Positions 48,082-57,874 of a stretch of DNA of 64,000 nucleotides are shown here, one piece after another. Every line of letters begins with the position of its first letter. The first letter of the stretch is position 1. A model generated the notes under the pieces. The model saw only the letters and a list, made by a program, of their open reading frames with translations, ran no database searches and was not told where the DNA came from. The translations under genes and the position numbers were made by a program. Source of the DNA: Thermomicrobiaceae bacterium (lineage in GTDB: Bacteria > Chloroflexota > Chloroflexia > Thermomicrobiales > Thermomicrobiaceae); NCBI GenBank assembly GCA_035693105.1, contig DASSHC010000467.1:4157-68156 (forward strand), in the 5' to 3' direction.

Positions 48082-49443
48082 CTATTCCGCCTGTCGCTGG
48101 ATCGCGGCGATGGTCGCCTCGTGTTCGGCCCGCAGCCGCGCGCTGAGGCAGACCCGGTAGACTCGCTCCGGATCAAGCTGCTTGAGCCAGTCCGGTAGCA
48201 GTGCCATCTCCTCGCGGTGCCGCTGGCGCGACTCCGCCAGCAGCGGCGCCTCGGCCATCTCGCCCCCTCGCATGACCGGCACCAGTAGTGGCTCCCACTC
48301 GGGGCCCGGCGCCGGCTCAGCCGCGGTCGCGATCATGTCCTCGGCGTAGCGACCGTCCGCACCAAGCCGGCGCCAGACCTGCTTGGGCCCGGCGATGGTC
48401 GCCTTGCCCCGGCTGAGCTTGGCCGTGCCGTGCCCGGCGTACGCCACGAGCTTGTAGACCATCTCCAGTGAGGGCGTGTCGGCCACCACACCCAACCGCG
48501 TGCCGATGCCGAAGGCGTCGATCGGCGCCTCTTCGCGCACCAGTTCGGCCAGATGGCGCTCATCCAACCCGCCGCTGGCGATGATTTGGATCTCCGGGAA
48601 GCCCGACTCGTCGAGGATGGCGCGCACCTCGCGGCTGAGCGTCAAGAAATCGCCGCTGTCGATCCGCACCGCGGCAATCTTCCGCTGGCGCTTGGCCAAC
48701 TCGCGCGCCACCTCGACTGTGTGGCGCGCTCCCTGCAGCGTGTCGTAGGTATCGATTAGGAGTGTGACCGGCCCCGGAAAGGTCTCGGCGAAGGCCAGGA
48801 AGGCCGCGCGCTCGCTGGGGAAGACCTGGACGAACGAGTGTGCCATCGTGCCGCTCACTGGGATGTCGTAGCGCGTCCCGGCCAGCAAGTTGCTGGTGCC
48901 CACGAAGCCGGCCAGGTACGCGGCGCGGGCGGCGGCTAGTCCGGCGTCGATGCTCGGCGTCCGCCGTAGCCCGAACTCCACCAGCGCCCGCCCACCGGCA
49001 ACCGCTACATACCGCGCCGCCTTGCTGGCGACCAGCGTGGGATAGTGCACCGCGTTGAGCAGCAACGTCTCGACGAGTTGCGCCTGCGCGATGGGCGCGC
49101 GTACCTCCAGCAGCGGCTCCCCGGCGAAAACGGCGCGGCCCTCCGGCACCGCGCGCACCTCCCCGGTGAAGCGGAAGTCGCGCAGCCAGGCGAGAAAGTC
49201 CTGGCGAATCTGGCCGGTCGAGCGCAGGTAGTCGAGCGTGGCAGGGTCGAAGCGGAGCCGTTTCAGGCGCTTGAGCGCTTCGGCCAGCCCCGCGGCGACC
49301 AGGAAGGCGCGGCCCGCCGGAAGCTGGCGCACGAAGAGGCTAAAGGTCGCTTCGTGCTCCATATCGAGCGCCAGGTAGCTCGCGCCCATGGTGAACTCGT
49401 ACAGGTCGGTCGCCAGCGCGATCTCGTCGGTGCGGTTCTCCAT
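48082..49443 (-). CDS. pncB: Nicotinate phosphoribosyltransferase
   Basis: ATG 49443 (GGGAGG upstream). TDLYEFTMG, GTMAHSF, RIDSGD. Confidence 0.85.
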   Translation of the reverse strand: MENRTDEIALATDLYEFTMGASYLALDMEHEATFSLFVRQLPAGRAFLVAAGLAEALKRLKRLRFDPATLDYLRSTGQIRQDFLAWLRDFRFTGEVRAVPEGRAVFAGEPLLEVRAPIAQAQLVETLLLNAVHYPTLVASKAARYVAVAGGRALVEFGLRRTPSIDAGLAAARAAYLAGFVGTSNLLAGTRYDIPVSGTMAHSFVQVFPSERAAFLAFAETFPGPVTLLIDTYDTLQGARHTVEVARELAKRQRKIAAVRIDSGDFLTLSREVRAILDESGFPEIQIIASGGLDERHLAELVREEAPIDAFGIGTRLGVVADTPSLEMVYKLVAYAGHGTAKLSRGKATIAGPKQVWRRLGADGRYAEDMIATAAEPAPGPEWEPLLVPVMRGGEMAEAPLLAESRQRHREEMALLPDWLKQLDPERVYRVCLSARLRAEHEATIAAIQRQAE

Positions 49444-49543
49444 CGGACCTCCCGTCGCTCCGGAGCGTAGCGGCAAATGTCGTACCCGGCAATGATCCTT
49501 GCTATCCTTAGGTCGCGCGTGCCGACGCGCCGGGAGGCGAACC

Positions 49544-49963
49544 ATGAGCTATTCCAGGACACTGTTGAACGGGGCGCTCAAACGCTGTCCGAATTGCGGC
49601 GAGCGTCACATCACCACCAACTGGTGGACGCTGCGCGACCGCTGTCCCAACTGTGGCCTCTTTTTCGAGCGTGAAGAGGGCTACTGGACCGGCGCGATCG
49701 CGATCAATCTGCTGATCACCGAGTTCTTCTTCGTGCTGCTGGTGGCCGGCGTCGTCATCGCGACCTGGCCGGATATCCCGATGTTCAAGCTGCTGGCGGC
49801 GGCGATCGCGGTCAACGTGATCGTCCCGCTGATCTTCTACCCTATCGGTAAGACCTTCTGGATGGCGCTCGACCTGGTGCTCCACCCGCTGGAGCCGGTC
49901 GAGTCGCACGAGGTCGAGCGGCTGCAGGAGGAGCGCCGGCAGTATCAAACCCTGGTCAAGTGA
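49544..49963 (+). CDS. DUF983-like zinc-ribbon membrane protein
   Basis: CPNCG...CPNCG followed by two TM helices. Start placed at internal ATG 49544. Confidence 0.6.
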   Translation: MSYSRTLLNGALKRCPNCGERHITTNWWTLRDRCPNCGLFFEREEGYWTGAIAINLLITEFFFVLLVAGVVIATWPDIPMFKLLAAAIAVNVIVPLIFYPIGKTFWMALDLVLHPLEPVESHEVERLQEERRQYQTLVK

Positions 49964-49978
49964 CGCCGGCCGGTATTG

Positions 49979-51520
49979 TCAGCGCCTCGGTGCCCGCCCG
50001 TAGCACTCGCTGAGCTCGGACAGCCGGTGCGCGAGCCCTGAAGTGAGATACCCCGGACGATAGCGCCAGCGCCAGTTGCACTCGGCGGTGCCGGGCGTGT
50101 TCATACGCGCCTCCGCACCCAGCGACAACACGTCCTGCAGCGGCGCGATGGCGGAGCGCGCCACGCTCGCCTGCGCCAGACGCAGCAGCGCCCAGGCGGC
50201 ATCCGGGTCGTGCGGGCCGAGGTAGCGGTCGACCTGTGCACGGGCCATCGAATCCAGGGATTGGTACCAGGAATTCGTCGTGTCGTTGTCGTGCGTGCCG
50301 GTGTAGACGACGCAATTCGGGTCGTAGTTATGGGGCAGGTACGGGTTATCACCCGTTCCGTCGAACGCGAACTGCAGCACCTTCATGCCGGGGTAGCCAA
50401 GCTCCTGTCGCAGCTGGTGGACATCGTCGGTGATCACGCCGAGGTCTTCCACGATGATCGGCAGGGGGCCGAGCGCGGCCGCCAGACGCTCGAAGAACGC
50501 CCGGCCTGGGCCGGGAGCCCAGCGCCCGCCGATCGCCGTCTCCTCCCCGGCCGGCACCTGCCAGCCCGCGGCGAAGCCGCGAAAGTGATCCAGGCGCACC
50601 AGGTCGCACTGCTCCAGCGCGCGCCGAAAGCGCGCGGCCCACCAGCGATATCCCTGCTCGGCCATGACGTCCCAGCGGTAGCATGGGTTCCCCCAGAGCT
50701 GACCGGTGGCCGAAAAGAGATCGGGCGGCACGCCGGCAACGACCGAAGGTTGCCCCTCGGGCGTCAACGCGAAGAGCGTCTGGTTGGCCCAAACATCGGC
50801 ACTATCAAGTGCCACATAGATTGGGATGTCGCCGATGATGCGCACGCCGCGCGCGTTGGCGTAGCGGCGCACGGTCGCCCACTGGTCGTCGACGAGGAAC
50901 TGCAGGAACGCCTGGTACGCTATCTCGTCCCGCAGCCGGCGCCGCCAGGTATCGATGGCCGCCGGGTCGCGTCGCGCCAGCTCGTCGTCCCACCCCCACC
51001 AGGGCACGCCGGCGTGGGCCTTTCGTAGCGCGGCGAAGAGGGCGTAGTCCTCCAGCCAGTCCTGTTGCGCCCGGCGAAAGGCCAAAAAGCGCGTGGTGAG
51101 CTCGGACGGCGCCATCTCGCGAAAGCGCGCGAAGGCCGCGCGCAGCGCCGGTTCGGCGAACGCGTCCGCCTCGGCGAAGTCGACCTCCGCCATGCCGGAG
51201 TCGCCGTTGCCGGGCAGATCGCAGTCGCGCAGCAGGCCCCGCGCGAGCAGACGTTCCAGGTCGATCAGCAGCGGGTTCCCGGCCAGCGCCGAGCGGGCGT
51301 TATAGGGCGAGCCGTCCGGGCCGGTTGGGTTGAGTGGCAGGATCTGCCAGAGACCCTGCCGGGCCGCGGCCAGAAAGTCGACGAAGGCCAGCGCCTGGGC
51401 GCCCAGCGTGCCGATGGGGTTCATCCCCGGCAGCGACGTGGGATGGCAGAGAATGCCGCTCAATCGTTCCTGGCGCACGCGATCCCGCTCCAACTCACCG
51501 TTCAACGCTCGCTTTCCCAT
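49979..51520 (-). CDS. malQ: 4-alpha-glucanotransferase (GH77)
   Basis: SGILCHPTSLPG, PLNPTG..SPY, RLDHFRGF, EDLG, YTGTHDNDT. Confidence 0.9.
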   Translation of the reverse strand: MGKRALNGELERDRVRQERLSGILCHPTSLPGMNPIGTLGAQALAFVDFLAAARQGLWQILPLNPTGPDGSPYNARSALAGNPLLIDLERLLARGLLRDCDLPGNGDSGMAEVDFAEADAFAEPALRAAFARFREMAPSELTTRFLAFRRAQQDWLEDYALFAALRKAHAGVPWWGWDDELARRDPAAIDTWRRRLRDEIAYQAFLQFLVDDQWATVRRYANARGVRIIGDIPIYVALDSADVWANQTLFALTPEGQPSVVAGVPPDLFSATGQLWGNPCYRWDVMAEQGYRWWAARFRRALEQCDLVRLDHFRGFAAGWQVPAGEETAIGGRWAPGPGRAFFERLAAALGPLPIIVEDLGVITDDVHQLRQELGYPGMKVLQFAFDGTGDNPYLPHNYDPNCVVYTGTHDNDTTNSWYQSLDSMARAQVDRYLGPHDPDAAWALLRLAQASVARSAIAPLQDVLSLGAEARMNTPGTAECNWRWRYRPGYLTSGLAHRLSELSECYGRAPRR

Positions 51521-51644
51521 TCCGCGCGCCAGTTACTGGCGGTAGACTTCTCTGCGAAAGGAGCCGACGCTGGCAACGCCCTCCGAGATCAGGCGACAAC
51601 TCGAAGCGTTCTACGGCCAGCCCGAGCCGGGGCCGGCGCAACCC

Positions 51645-52235
51645 GTGATCGATGGCCTGATCGGCACGATCCTGTCGCAGCACACCTCGGATCTGAACTC
51701 CGAGCGTGCGCTTCGCTCGCTCAAGGAGCGCTTCTCCTCCTGGTCCGATGTGCGCGATGCGCCGGTCGCCGCGGTGGCCGACGCCATTCGCCGCGGCGGC
51801 CTGGCCGAGGTCAAGGCACCGCGCATCCAGCGCGTGCTGGACCGTGTGCTCCAGAACGGGACGATGGACCGTCTCGCCGATCTCCCGCTGGCCGAAGCCA
51901 AGCTGGAGCTGACCTCGCTTCCCGGCGTCGGACCCAAGACCGCGGCCTGCGTCCTGCTCTTCTCCTGCGGGCGGCCGGCGCTCCCGGTCGATACCCACGT
52001 CTACCGCGTGGCGGGCAGGCTCGGTTTGATCCCGCCGGGCACCAGCGCGGAGGCCGCGCACGACCAACTGGAGCGGCAGCTTGCGCCGGACGAAGTCTAC
52101 AGCTTCCACGTCAATATGATCCGGCACGGCCGCGAGATCTGCCACGCCCGTAACCCCGCCTGCGAACGCTGCCCGCTGGCTGGGGAGTGCGTCTATTACC
52201 TGAGCCAACGACGGAGCGCAGAGACCCATGGCTGA
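51645..52235 (+). CDS. nth: Endonuclease III family DNA glycosylase (HhH-GPD with 4Fe-4S)
   Basis: ILSQHTSD, LPGVGPKTA, DTHV.RV, C-x6-C-x2-C-x5-C (CHARNPACERCPLAGEC). The first canonical start is GTG 51645, but homology appears to continue upstream (see findings). Confidence 0.85.
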   Translation: MIDGLIGTILSQHTSDLNSERALRSLKERFSSWSDVRDAPVAAVADAIRRGGLAEVKAPRIQRVLDRVLQNGTMDRLADLPLAEAKLELTSLPGVGPKTAACVLLFSCGRPALPVDTHVYRVAGRLGLIPPGTSAEAAHDQLERQLAPDEVYSFHVNMIRHGREICHARNPACERCPLAGECVYYLSQRRSAETHG

Positions 52236-52866
52236 GATCTTCCTGGTGCGGCACGGACAGACCGCCAGCAACGTCGACTTTCTGCTGCACGGCCGGACTG
52301 ACGTGCCGCTGACCACGCTCGGCGCGGCGCAGGCCGCCGCGGTGGCCGACCGGCTGGCGGATATCGGCGGCTTCGCAACGCTCTACTCCAGCCCGCTGCA
52401 GCGCGCCGCGCATACCGCGCGGGCCATCGGACAGCGGCTCGATCTATCCCCGGTGCTGGTCGACGCGCTCTCCGAGCTGGACTTCGGTGAGTTCGAGGGG
52501 CTGACGCTGCGCGCCATCGAGCTCCAGTTTCCCGAGCTGTTCGCACGCATCCTGGATGCGAACGACCACGACTTCCGCTTTCCGCACGGTGAAACGCGCC
52601 GCGAGTTCAACCAGCGTGTGCGTCGCGCGTTCGATGAGATTGCCGCGCGCCATCCGTCCGACCGTCTGATCGTCGTGGCGCACGGCGGCGTCATCGCCTC
52701 GACGATTGCTCAGTTGACGGGCGGCGAAATCAACGACTGGTCCCGCTGGCTGGTCCACAACTGCAGCATTACGCAGGTTTCGTGGAATGGCGTCGGGGAG
52801 TTCACGCTGCACTGCTGGAACGAGGTTGACCACCTCGAAGCCGTGATGATGCTGGATCGGGACTGA
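52228..52866 (+). CDS. Histidine phosphatase family protein (phosphoglycerate-mutase/CobC-like)
   Basis: IFLVRHGQTASN (RHG motif) and a later VVAHGG. The start overlaps the nth stop by 8 nt. Confidence 0.85.
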   Translation: MAEIFLVRHGQTASNVDFLLHGRTDVPLTTLGAAQAAAVADRLADIGGFATLYSSPLQRAAHTARAIGQRLDLSPVLVDALSELDFGEFEGLTLRAIELQFPELFARILDANDHDFRFPHGETRREFNQRVRRAFDEIAARHPSDRLIVVAHGGVIASTIAQLTGGEINDWSRWLVHNCSITQVSWNGVGEFTLHCWNEVDHLEAVMMLDRD

Positions 52867-52868
52867 CG

Positions 52869-53642
52869 ATGCGCTTGACGGTGCTCGGTGGCGCGGCTGC
52901 CAGCCCGAACCCCGGCCAGGGCTGCGCCGGCTACCTCGTCCAGAGCGGCGACGAGCAACTCGTGCTCGATTGCGGCCCCGACACGCTGGCGGTCCTGCGC
53001 CAGCACGCCGATTTTCGCCAGGTGCGCGCGGTGCTCATCTCCCACCTGCACTCCGACCACACGCTCGATCTCGTCCCCTACCGCTACGGACTGAAATACG
53101 CGCCCGGGCCGCGCGGAGCGCGTGTGCCGCTCTGGATGCCTCCCGGCGGTCGCGCCTTCCTGAACGATCTCGGCAGCGTTTTCGCGCTCGGCAGCGAGCG
53201 GGATATGGCCTTTTTCGACGAGGTCTTCGACGTGGCCGAGTACGATCCCGGGCAGCCACTGCATCTCGGCCGCTTCACCATCACGTTTCACGAGACACAG
53301 CACTTCATTCCGGCCTGGGCCATGCGCCTGGTCGCCGACAGTCAAACTCTTGTCTACGGCGCCGATACGGGACCGTACCCGCCGCTGGCGGCCTTCGCCG
53401 CGCACGCCGACCTCGTCGTGCTCGAGGCGACCATGCCCGAGAGTCAGCAGCAGAGCGGCGAGCGAGCCGGGCACCTCAGCGCCTCGCAGGCTGGACGGCT
53501 GGCCGCCGAGGCACGGGCCCGGCGCCTGCTCCTCACCCATTATTGGGCCGAACTGGGGCCCGAACACCTGGTCGAAGTGGCGGCGGCCAAGTTCCCCGGC
53601 GAGGTCCTGCTGGCTCGGCCGGGGCTGATGGTTGAATTGTGA
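52869..53642 (+). CDS. MBL-fold metallo-hydrolase
   Basis: ISHLHSDH (HxHxDH) with downstream His/Asp ligands. Confidence 0.8.
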   Translation: MRLTVLGGAAASPNPGQGCAGYLVQSGDEQLVLDCGPDTLAVLRQHADFRQVRAVLISHLHSDHTLDLVPYRYGLKYAPGPRGARVPLWMPPGGRAFLNDLGSVFALGSERDMAFFDEVFDVAEYDPGQPLHLGRFTITFHETQHFIPAWAMRLVADSQTLVYGADTGPYPPLAAFAAHADLVVLEATMPESQQQSGERAGHLSASQAGRLAAEARARRLLLTHYWAELGPEHLVEVAAAKFPGEVLLARPGLMVEL

Positions 53643-53651
53643 GCATCCCCT

Positions 53652-54530
53652 ATGTCCGCTGATCCCGGCTTCTCCATTCCAGGCTTCCGCGTCGGGCACT
53701 GGACTCACCCCAGCGGCGCCACCGGGTGCTCGGTCGTGCTCTGCGACCAGCCCGCGCTCGCCGTGGCCGACGTGCGCGGCGGCGCGCCGGGGACACGCGA
53801 GCTGGCCGTGCTTGGCGAGGGCCGCCTGGTGCAGCGGCTCGACGCGGTGCTGCTGACCGGCGGCAGCGCTTTTGGGCTCGACGCCGCCGGTGGGGTGATG
53901 CGCTGGCTGCGCGAGCAGGGGCGCGGCTTCGCGACGCGCAGCATACCCGTCCCGATCGTCGCCGGCGCGGTCATCTTCGATCTGGCCGGCGCCAGTCCGC
54001 CCTGGCCAGATGCCGAGGCCGGTTACGCGGCCGCCGCCGGCGGGCAGACCGACGGCTGGCGCTCCGGCCGCATCGGCGCGGGCTCCGGCGCGACATGGGG
54101 CAAGCTGGGTGGCCAGCCGGTTCGCGGGGGCGTCGGCGCGGCACGCGTATCCGTGCCGGGAGGCGAGCTGGCGGCGTTGATCGTGGTCAACGCTCTCGGC
54201 GAAGTCGTGGATCCAGACATCGGCCGGCCACTGCGCGCGGCTAGTTCGGGCAGTACGAGCCAGACCCTGCCAACACCCGGCGAGAACACCACCATCGGCG
54301 TCCTGGCGACGACCGTTCCGCTCGACCGCGCCGCGTTGGTGCGGCTGGCGATCGCCGCGCACGATGGCCTGGCGCGAGCCATCCGGCCGGCGCACACCGT
54401 CTTCGACGGCGACACGATCTTTGCCCTAACGACACAGGAGGCACGACCGACGCCAGAGGAGGTACTCGTGCTCGGCATGGCAGCCGCCGATGCCGTCGCG
54501 CGGGCGGTGGTTCGGGCGGCGACATCGTGA
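53652..54530 (+). CDS. P1/S58 family peptidase (DmpA/L-aminopeptidase-like)
   Basis: GFRVGHWTHPSGATGCSVVL, AVLLTGGSAFGLDAA, NTTIGV (self-processing Ser/Thr region). Confidence 0.8.
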   Translation: MSADPGFSIPGFRVGHWTHPSGATGCSVVLCDQPALAVADVRGGAPGTRELAVLGEGRLVQRLDAVLLTGGSAFGLDAAGGVMRWLREQGRGFATRSIPVPIVAGAVIFDLAGASPPWPDAEAGYAAAAGGQTDGWRSGRIGAGSGATWGKLGGQPVRGGVGAARVSVPGGELAALIVVNALGEVVDPDIGRPLRAASSGSTSQTLPTPGENTTIGVLATTVPLDRAALVRLAIAAHDGLARAIRPAHTVFDGDTIFALTTQEARPTPEEVLVLGMAAADAVARAVVRAATS

Positions 54531-54566
54531 CGGAACCCGACGCATCGCTCCCGCACGCCGGAGGAC

Positions 54567-55514
54567 ATGCTAGACTGGAGCCAACGGCATTCGCATCATC
54601 GCCCACGATCGAGTGCTCGAATGATGAGTGACTTGATGTCCACCCCGACGATCATCTGCTCCACCGGCTCGTTTGCCGGGCAGGGGCTGAGCACGCGCTT
54701 TCGCCTGGCGCGCGAGGCCGGGGCCGACGGCGTCGAGTTGATGCTCGGCCCGCGGCTGGCGCGCGGCGAACCGCGTGAGGTGCGCCGGCTCGAGGATGAA
54801 CACCATACCCCAGTTCGCTCGGTGCACAGCGTGCTGCGACTGCGGGAGGTCTCCTCCGAACAAGCCGCCGACGACATCATCACCTCCGCTCGCTTCGCCG
54901 CGCAGTTGCATCACTGCCGGGTGCTGGTGGTGCATCCGCCCCAGGTCGACAGCCTGCACGACACGGCTGGACGACACTGGCTCGAAGCGTTGGAAGCGGC
55001 GGCCGAGATCGGGACACGCTCGGGGTTCGTTATCGCGGTAGAGAATCTGGGGCAATTGACGCGGCGCTGCACGCCCTCGGCGCTCGACCACCCGAGTCGG
55101 CTCAAGTGGCTGGCGCAGGAGTGGGACGTTGCACTGACCTTCGACACCGCGCACGCCGGCAGCCGCAGCTGGGATCTGCTGGAGGTCGCCGAAACCTTCG
55201 GCCCGCGCCTGGCGAACGTTCATCTCAGCGATCTGGGCGCGCACACCTACCCATGGGCACTGGTCAACGCGCTCGTGCGCGACCACCAGTTACCAGGCAG
55301 CGGCACGCTCCCCCTCCGCCCATTGCTGGAGCATCTTACGGCCAACCGCTACGCCGGCCTGATTACGTTGGAGTTGAGCCCCCTGGCGCTGCGTGCCTGG
55401 TGGCGACCGGCAACCCTGGCGCGGCTCCGCGCGGCCGTGCTGAACTGCCGCGTCCACACCCATTCGTCGCAGCCGTCCTCGCACCCCACCACTGGCCCCG
55501 ACCCCCGCGGGTGA
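54567..55514 (+). CDS. Sugar phosphate isomerase/epimerase (xylose-isomerase-like TIM barrel)
   Basis: GADGVEL, VVHP, AVEN, D.AH and LSD blocks typical of the AP-endonuclease-2/TIM-barrel family. The start is uncertain (54567 or about 54621). Confidence 0.7.
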   Translation: MLDWSQRHSHHRPRSSARMMSDLMSTPTIICSTGSFAGQGLSTRFRLAREAGADGVELMLGPRLARGEPREVRRLEDEHHTPVRSVHSVLRLREVSSEQAADDIITSARFAAQLHHCRVLVVHPPQVDSLHDTAGRHWLEALEAAAEIGTRSGFVIAVENLGQLTRRCTPSALDHPSRLKWLAQEWDVALTFDTAHAGSRSWDLLEVAETFGPRLANVHLSDLGAHTYPWALVNALVRDHQLPGSGTLPLRPLLEHLTANRYAGLITLELSPLALRAWWRPATLARLRAAVLNCRVHTHSSQPSSHPTTGPDPRG

Positions 55515-55666
55515 TTGCGTTCCACGAGCGAACAACGGGGTCAGACGGTGGCGCACGACGACGCTGAGACGTGAGGCAAAACGGACCCCTCGACTCCGCC
55601 CGGGATGACCGGAAAAGGGAGGGGCGTACGAGTGCGGCCGGTCGTCGTCGTACGCTGCAACCCTAA

Positions 55667-55698
55667 CCCTGTCATCCTGAGCGCAGTCGAAGGATCCG
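55667..55698. repeat. Single REP/MITE-like unit (near-consensus copy)
   Basis: ccctgtcatcctgagcgcagtcgaaggatccg lies in the convergent spacer between the TIM-barrel gene and rpsI. It is flanked by further hairpins (55624-55655 and 55708-55733). Confidence 0.65.
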
Positions 55699-55754
55699 TC
55701 TTCATGCGGCACCCAACGACATCGATGGGTGCCTTCCCGAACTAAGGGCTCGTC

Positions 55755-56183
55755 CTACCGCTTGGTGTACTGCGGTGCCTTGCGCGCCCGCTTGAGGCCG
55801 ACCTTCTTGCGCTCCTTGACACGGGCGTCGCGGGTCAGCAAGCCCGCCCGCCGCAGCACCGGACGCAGTTCCGGCTCGAAGTGCAGCAGCGCCCGCGCCA
55901 CGGCATGGCGCACCGCGCCGGCCTGCCCGCTCAACCCGCCGCCGGTCACCTTGGCCCGCACGTTGAAGCGGTCGATCATGTTCACCAGGCGCAACGGCTC
56001 GCCCAGCATCACCTGGTAGATGTCGCGCCCACCGAAGTACTCGCGCGCCGTCTTGGCGTTGACTTCGATGTCGCCGCTGCCGGGGTAGAGGCGCACGCGC
56101 GCCACGGCGTTCTTGCGCCGCCCCACGCCCTGATAGTAGCGTAGCCTACGCTCGGTGTTGGTCGGTGCCGTTCCTGTCTCCAC
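55755..56183 (-). CDS. rpsI: 30S ribosomal protein S9
   Basis: GRRK.A.ARV ... GGG..GQA.A...G.ARAL ... LTRD.R..ERKK.G...ARK..Q..KR. Confidence 0.95.
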   Translation of the reverse strand: METGTAPTNTERRLRYYQGVGRRKNAVARVRLYPGSGDIEVNAKTAREYFGGRDIYQVMLGEPLRLVNMIDRFNVRAKVTGGGLSGQAGAVRHAVARALLHFEPELRPVLRRAGLLTRDARVKERKKVGLKRARKAPQYTKR

Positions 56184-56207
56184 TGGGTACTCTTCTCCTC
56201 TAACCTT

Positions 56208-56654
56208 CTACGCTTCGATCTGCAGTAGCGTCGGCTTCTGCGTCGCGTGCGGGTGCTCCGGCCCCGCGTAGACCTTCAACTTCCTGTACATCGCCTCGCC
56301 CAGCGCGTTCTTCGGCAGCATCTTCTTGATGGCATGCTCGACCGGGCGCGTCGGATGCTTCGCCAGCACGTCGCGCAGGGCGGTCGCTCGCAGCCCGCCG
56401 GGATACTGCGAGTGGTGGTAGTAGAATTTGCTGGTCTCCTTGGTGCCCGTCACCTTGAACTTCGCGGCGTTGATCACGATGACGTAGTCACCCATGTCCA
56501 TGTGCGTCGCGAAGGTCGGCTTGTGCTTGCCGCGCAGGATCGGAGCGATCTGGCTGGCGAGGCGCCCGAGCGTCTTGCCTTCCGCGTCGACGATGTACCA
56601 CTGCCGTTGGGATTGGGCCTCCGACGCCGTCGGTGAATAGGTCTTGGTGTTCAT
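56208..56654 (-). CDS. rplM: 50S ribosomal protein L13
   Basis: WYIVDAEGKTLGRLAS.IA..LRGKHKP.F..H.D.GD.VIVINA. Confidence 0.95.
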   Translation of the reverse strand: MNTKTYSPTASEAQSQRQWYIVDAEGKTLGRLASQIAPILRGKHKPTFATHMDMGDYVIVINAAKFKVTGTKETSKFYYHHSQYPGGLRATALRDVLAKHPTRPVEHAIKKMLPKNALGEAMYRKLKVYAGPEHPHATQKPTLLQIEA

Positions 56655-56715
56655 GCGTTACGAGCTCCTCAATCGATCTGCGACGCCTTGACCATTCCCG
56701 GCGTCAGTGTCCAGC

Positions 56716-57498
56716 CTAAGTATACGAGACGTGCCAGAGCGCGAGCCCCTCCGGCGGCGCCGGCGCCGCGCCCAGCCTCCGGTCGCGCCCGCGCAGCAGT
56801 TCCGCCATCCACGCCACCTGCCGCTCGCCGCGCCCGATCTGCACCAGGTCGCCGACGATGTTGCGCACCATCTGCGGCAGATAGCCGCTCGCGACGATGC
56901 GAAACTCCAACAGCCGTGCGCCCTCTCCCGGCTCGATCGACTGCTGCAGCACAACCCAGCGTGCCGAGTTGACGCGCCGCGTGGTGTCGATCTCGGCCCA
57001 GGGCACGCCCGCGCCGCCTCCGGCCACCGCCGCGAAGTCCTGCTCGCCCGGCAGCGCTTCGGCGGCGCGCCCCATCGCCTCCAGATCAAGCGCGCGGCGC
57101 TGGTGCCAGACCAGTCGCCGCAGGAGCAGCGGCGGCGTCCCACCGGACCACACGCGGTAGCGATACTCCCGCGCGACCGCGTCGAAGCGAGCGTGGAAGC
57201 TCGCCGGGGCGAGCGCGACGCGGTAGATCGCCACGTCGGGCGGGGTCAGCGCCCGCAGCCCCGCCAGCAGCGCCGCGGCCGGCCGTTCCCAGCGCAGGGT
57301 CCCGCTCGCCACCTGACCCACCGCGTGCACACCGCGATCGGTGCGCCCCGCCAGGGCAAGCCGCGCCGGCTCCCCGGTCAGCCGCGCCAGCGCCTCTTCC
57401 AGCACCCCCTGAACGGTCCGCACACCCGGCTGTACCTGCGAGCCGGCGAAGTCGGTGCCGTCGTAGCCCAGATCAATGCGAAAGACGCGGCGCTCCAT
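56716..57498 (-). CDS. truA: tRNA pseudouridine(38-40) synthase
   Basis: YDGT.F.G.Q.Q, GRTD.GVHA.GQV, F.A..FL..MVR. Confidence 0.9.
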   Translation of the reverse strand: MERRVFRIDLGYDGTDFAGSQVQPGVRTVQGVLEEALARLTGEPARLALAGRTDRGVHAVGQVASGTLRWERPAAALLAGLRALTPPDVAIYRVALAPASFHARFDAVAREYRYRVWSGGTPPLLLRRLVWHQRRALDLEAMGRAAEALPGEQDFAAVAGGGAGVPWAEIDTTRRVNSARWVVLQQSIEPGEGARLLEFRIVASGYLPQMVRNIVGDLVQIGRGERQVAWMAELLRGRDRRLGAAPAPPEGLALWHVSYT

Positions 57499-57520
57499 GG
57501 CCGCGTCTCTCCCAACGCCG

Positions 57521-57874
57521 TTAGGCGATGAACTCGATCATCGCCATGGGCGCGGCATCGCCCCGGCGCGGGCCGAGCTTGTAGATCCGGGTATAGCCGC
57601 CGGGATGCCCCTCGAAGCGCGGGGCGATCACGTCGAACAGCTTGGCCGCGGCGCGCTCGTCCGCCAGGCGCGCCATCACCAGATTGCGGTGATGCAGGTC
57701 GTCGGTGCGCGCCAGCGTGATCAGCTTCTCCACCACCGGCCGAATCGTCTTGGCCTTGGCCTCGGTCGTCGTGATCCGGTCGTGCAGGATCAACGACACG
57801 GCCAGGTTGCGCCGGAGCGCCTTGCGCTGGTTGGTATTCCGCCCGAACTTCCGTCCGGCTACGCGGTGCCTCAT
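57521..57874 (-). CDS. rplQ: 50S ribosomal protein L17
   Basis: [24 protein letters not shown]...TT..KAK. ATGA overlap with the rpoA stop. Confidence 0.95.
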   Translation of the reverse strand: MRHRVAGRKFGRNTNQRKALRRNLAVSLILHDRITTTEAKAKTIRPVVEKLITLARTDDLHHRNLVMARLADERAAAKLFDVIAPRFEGHPGGYTRIYKLGPRRGDAAPMAMIEFIA

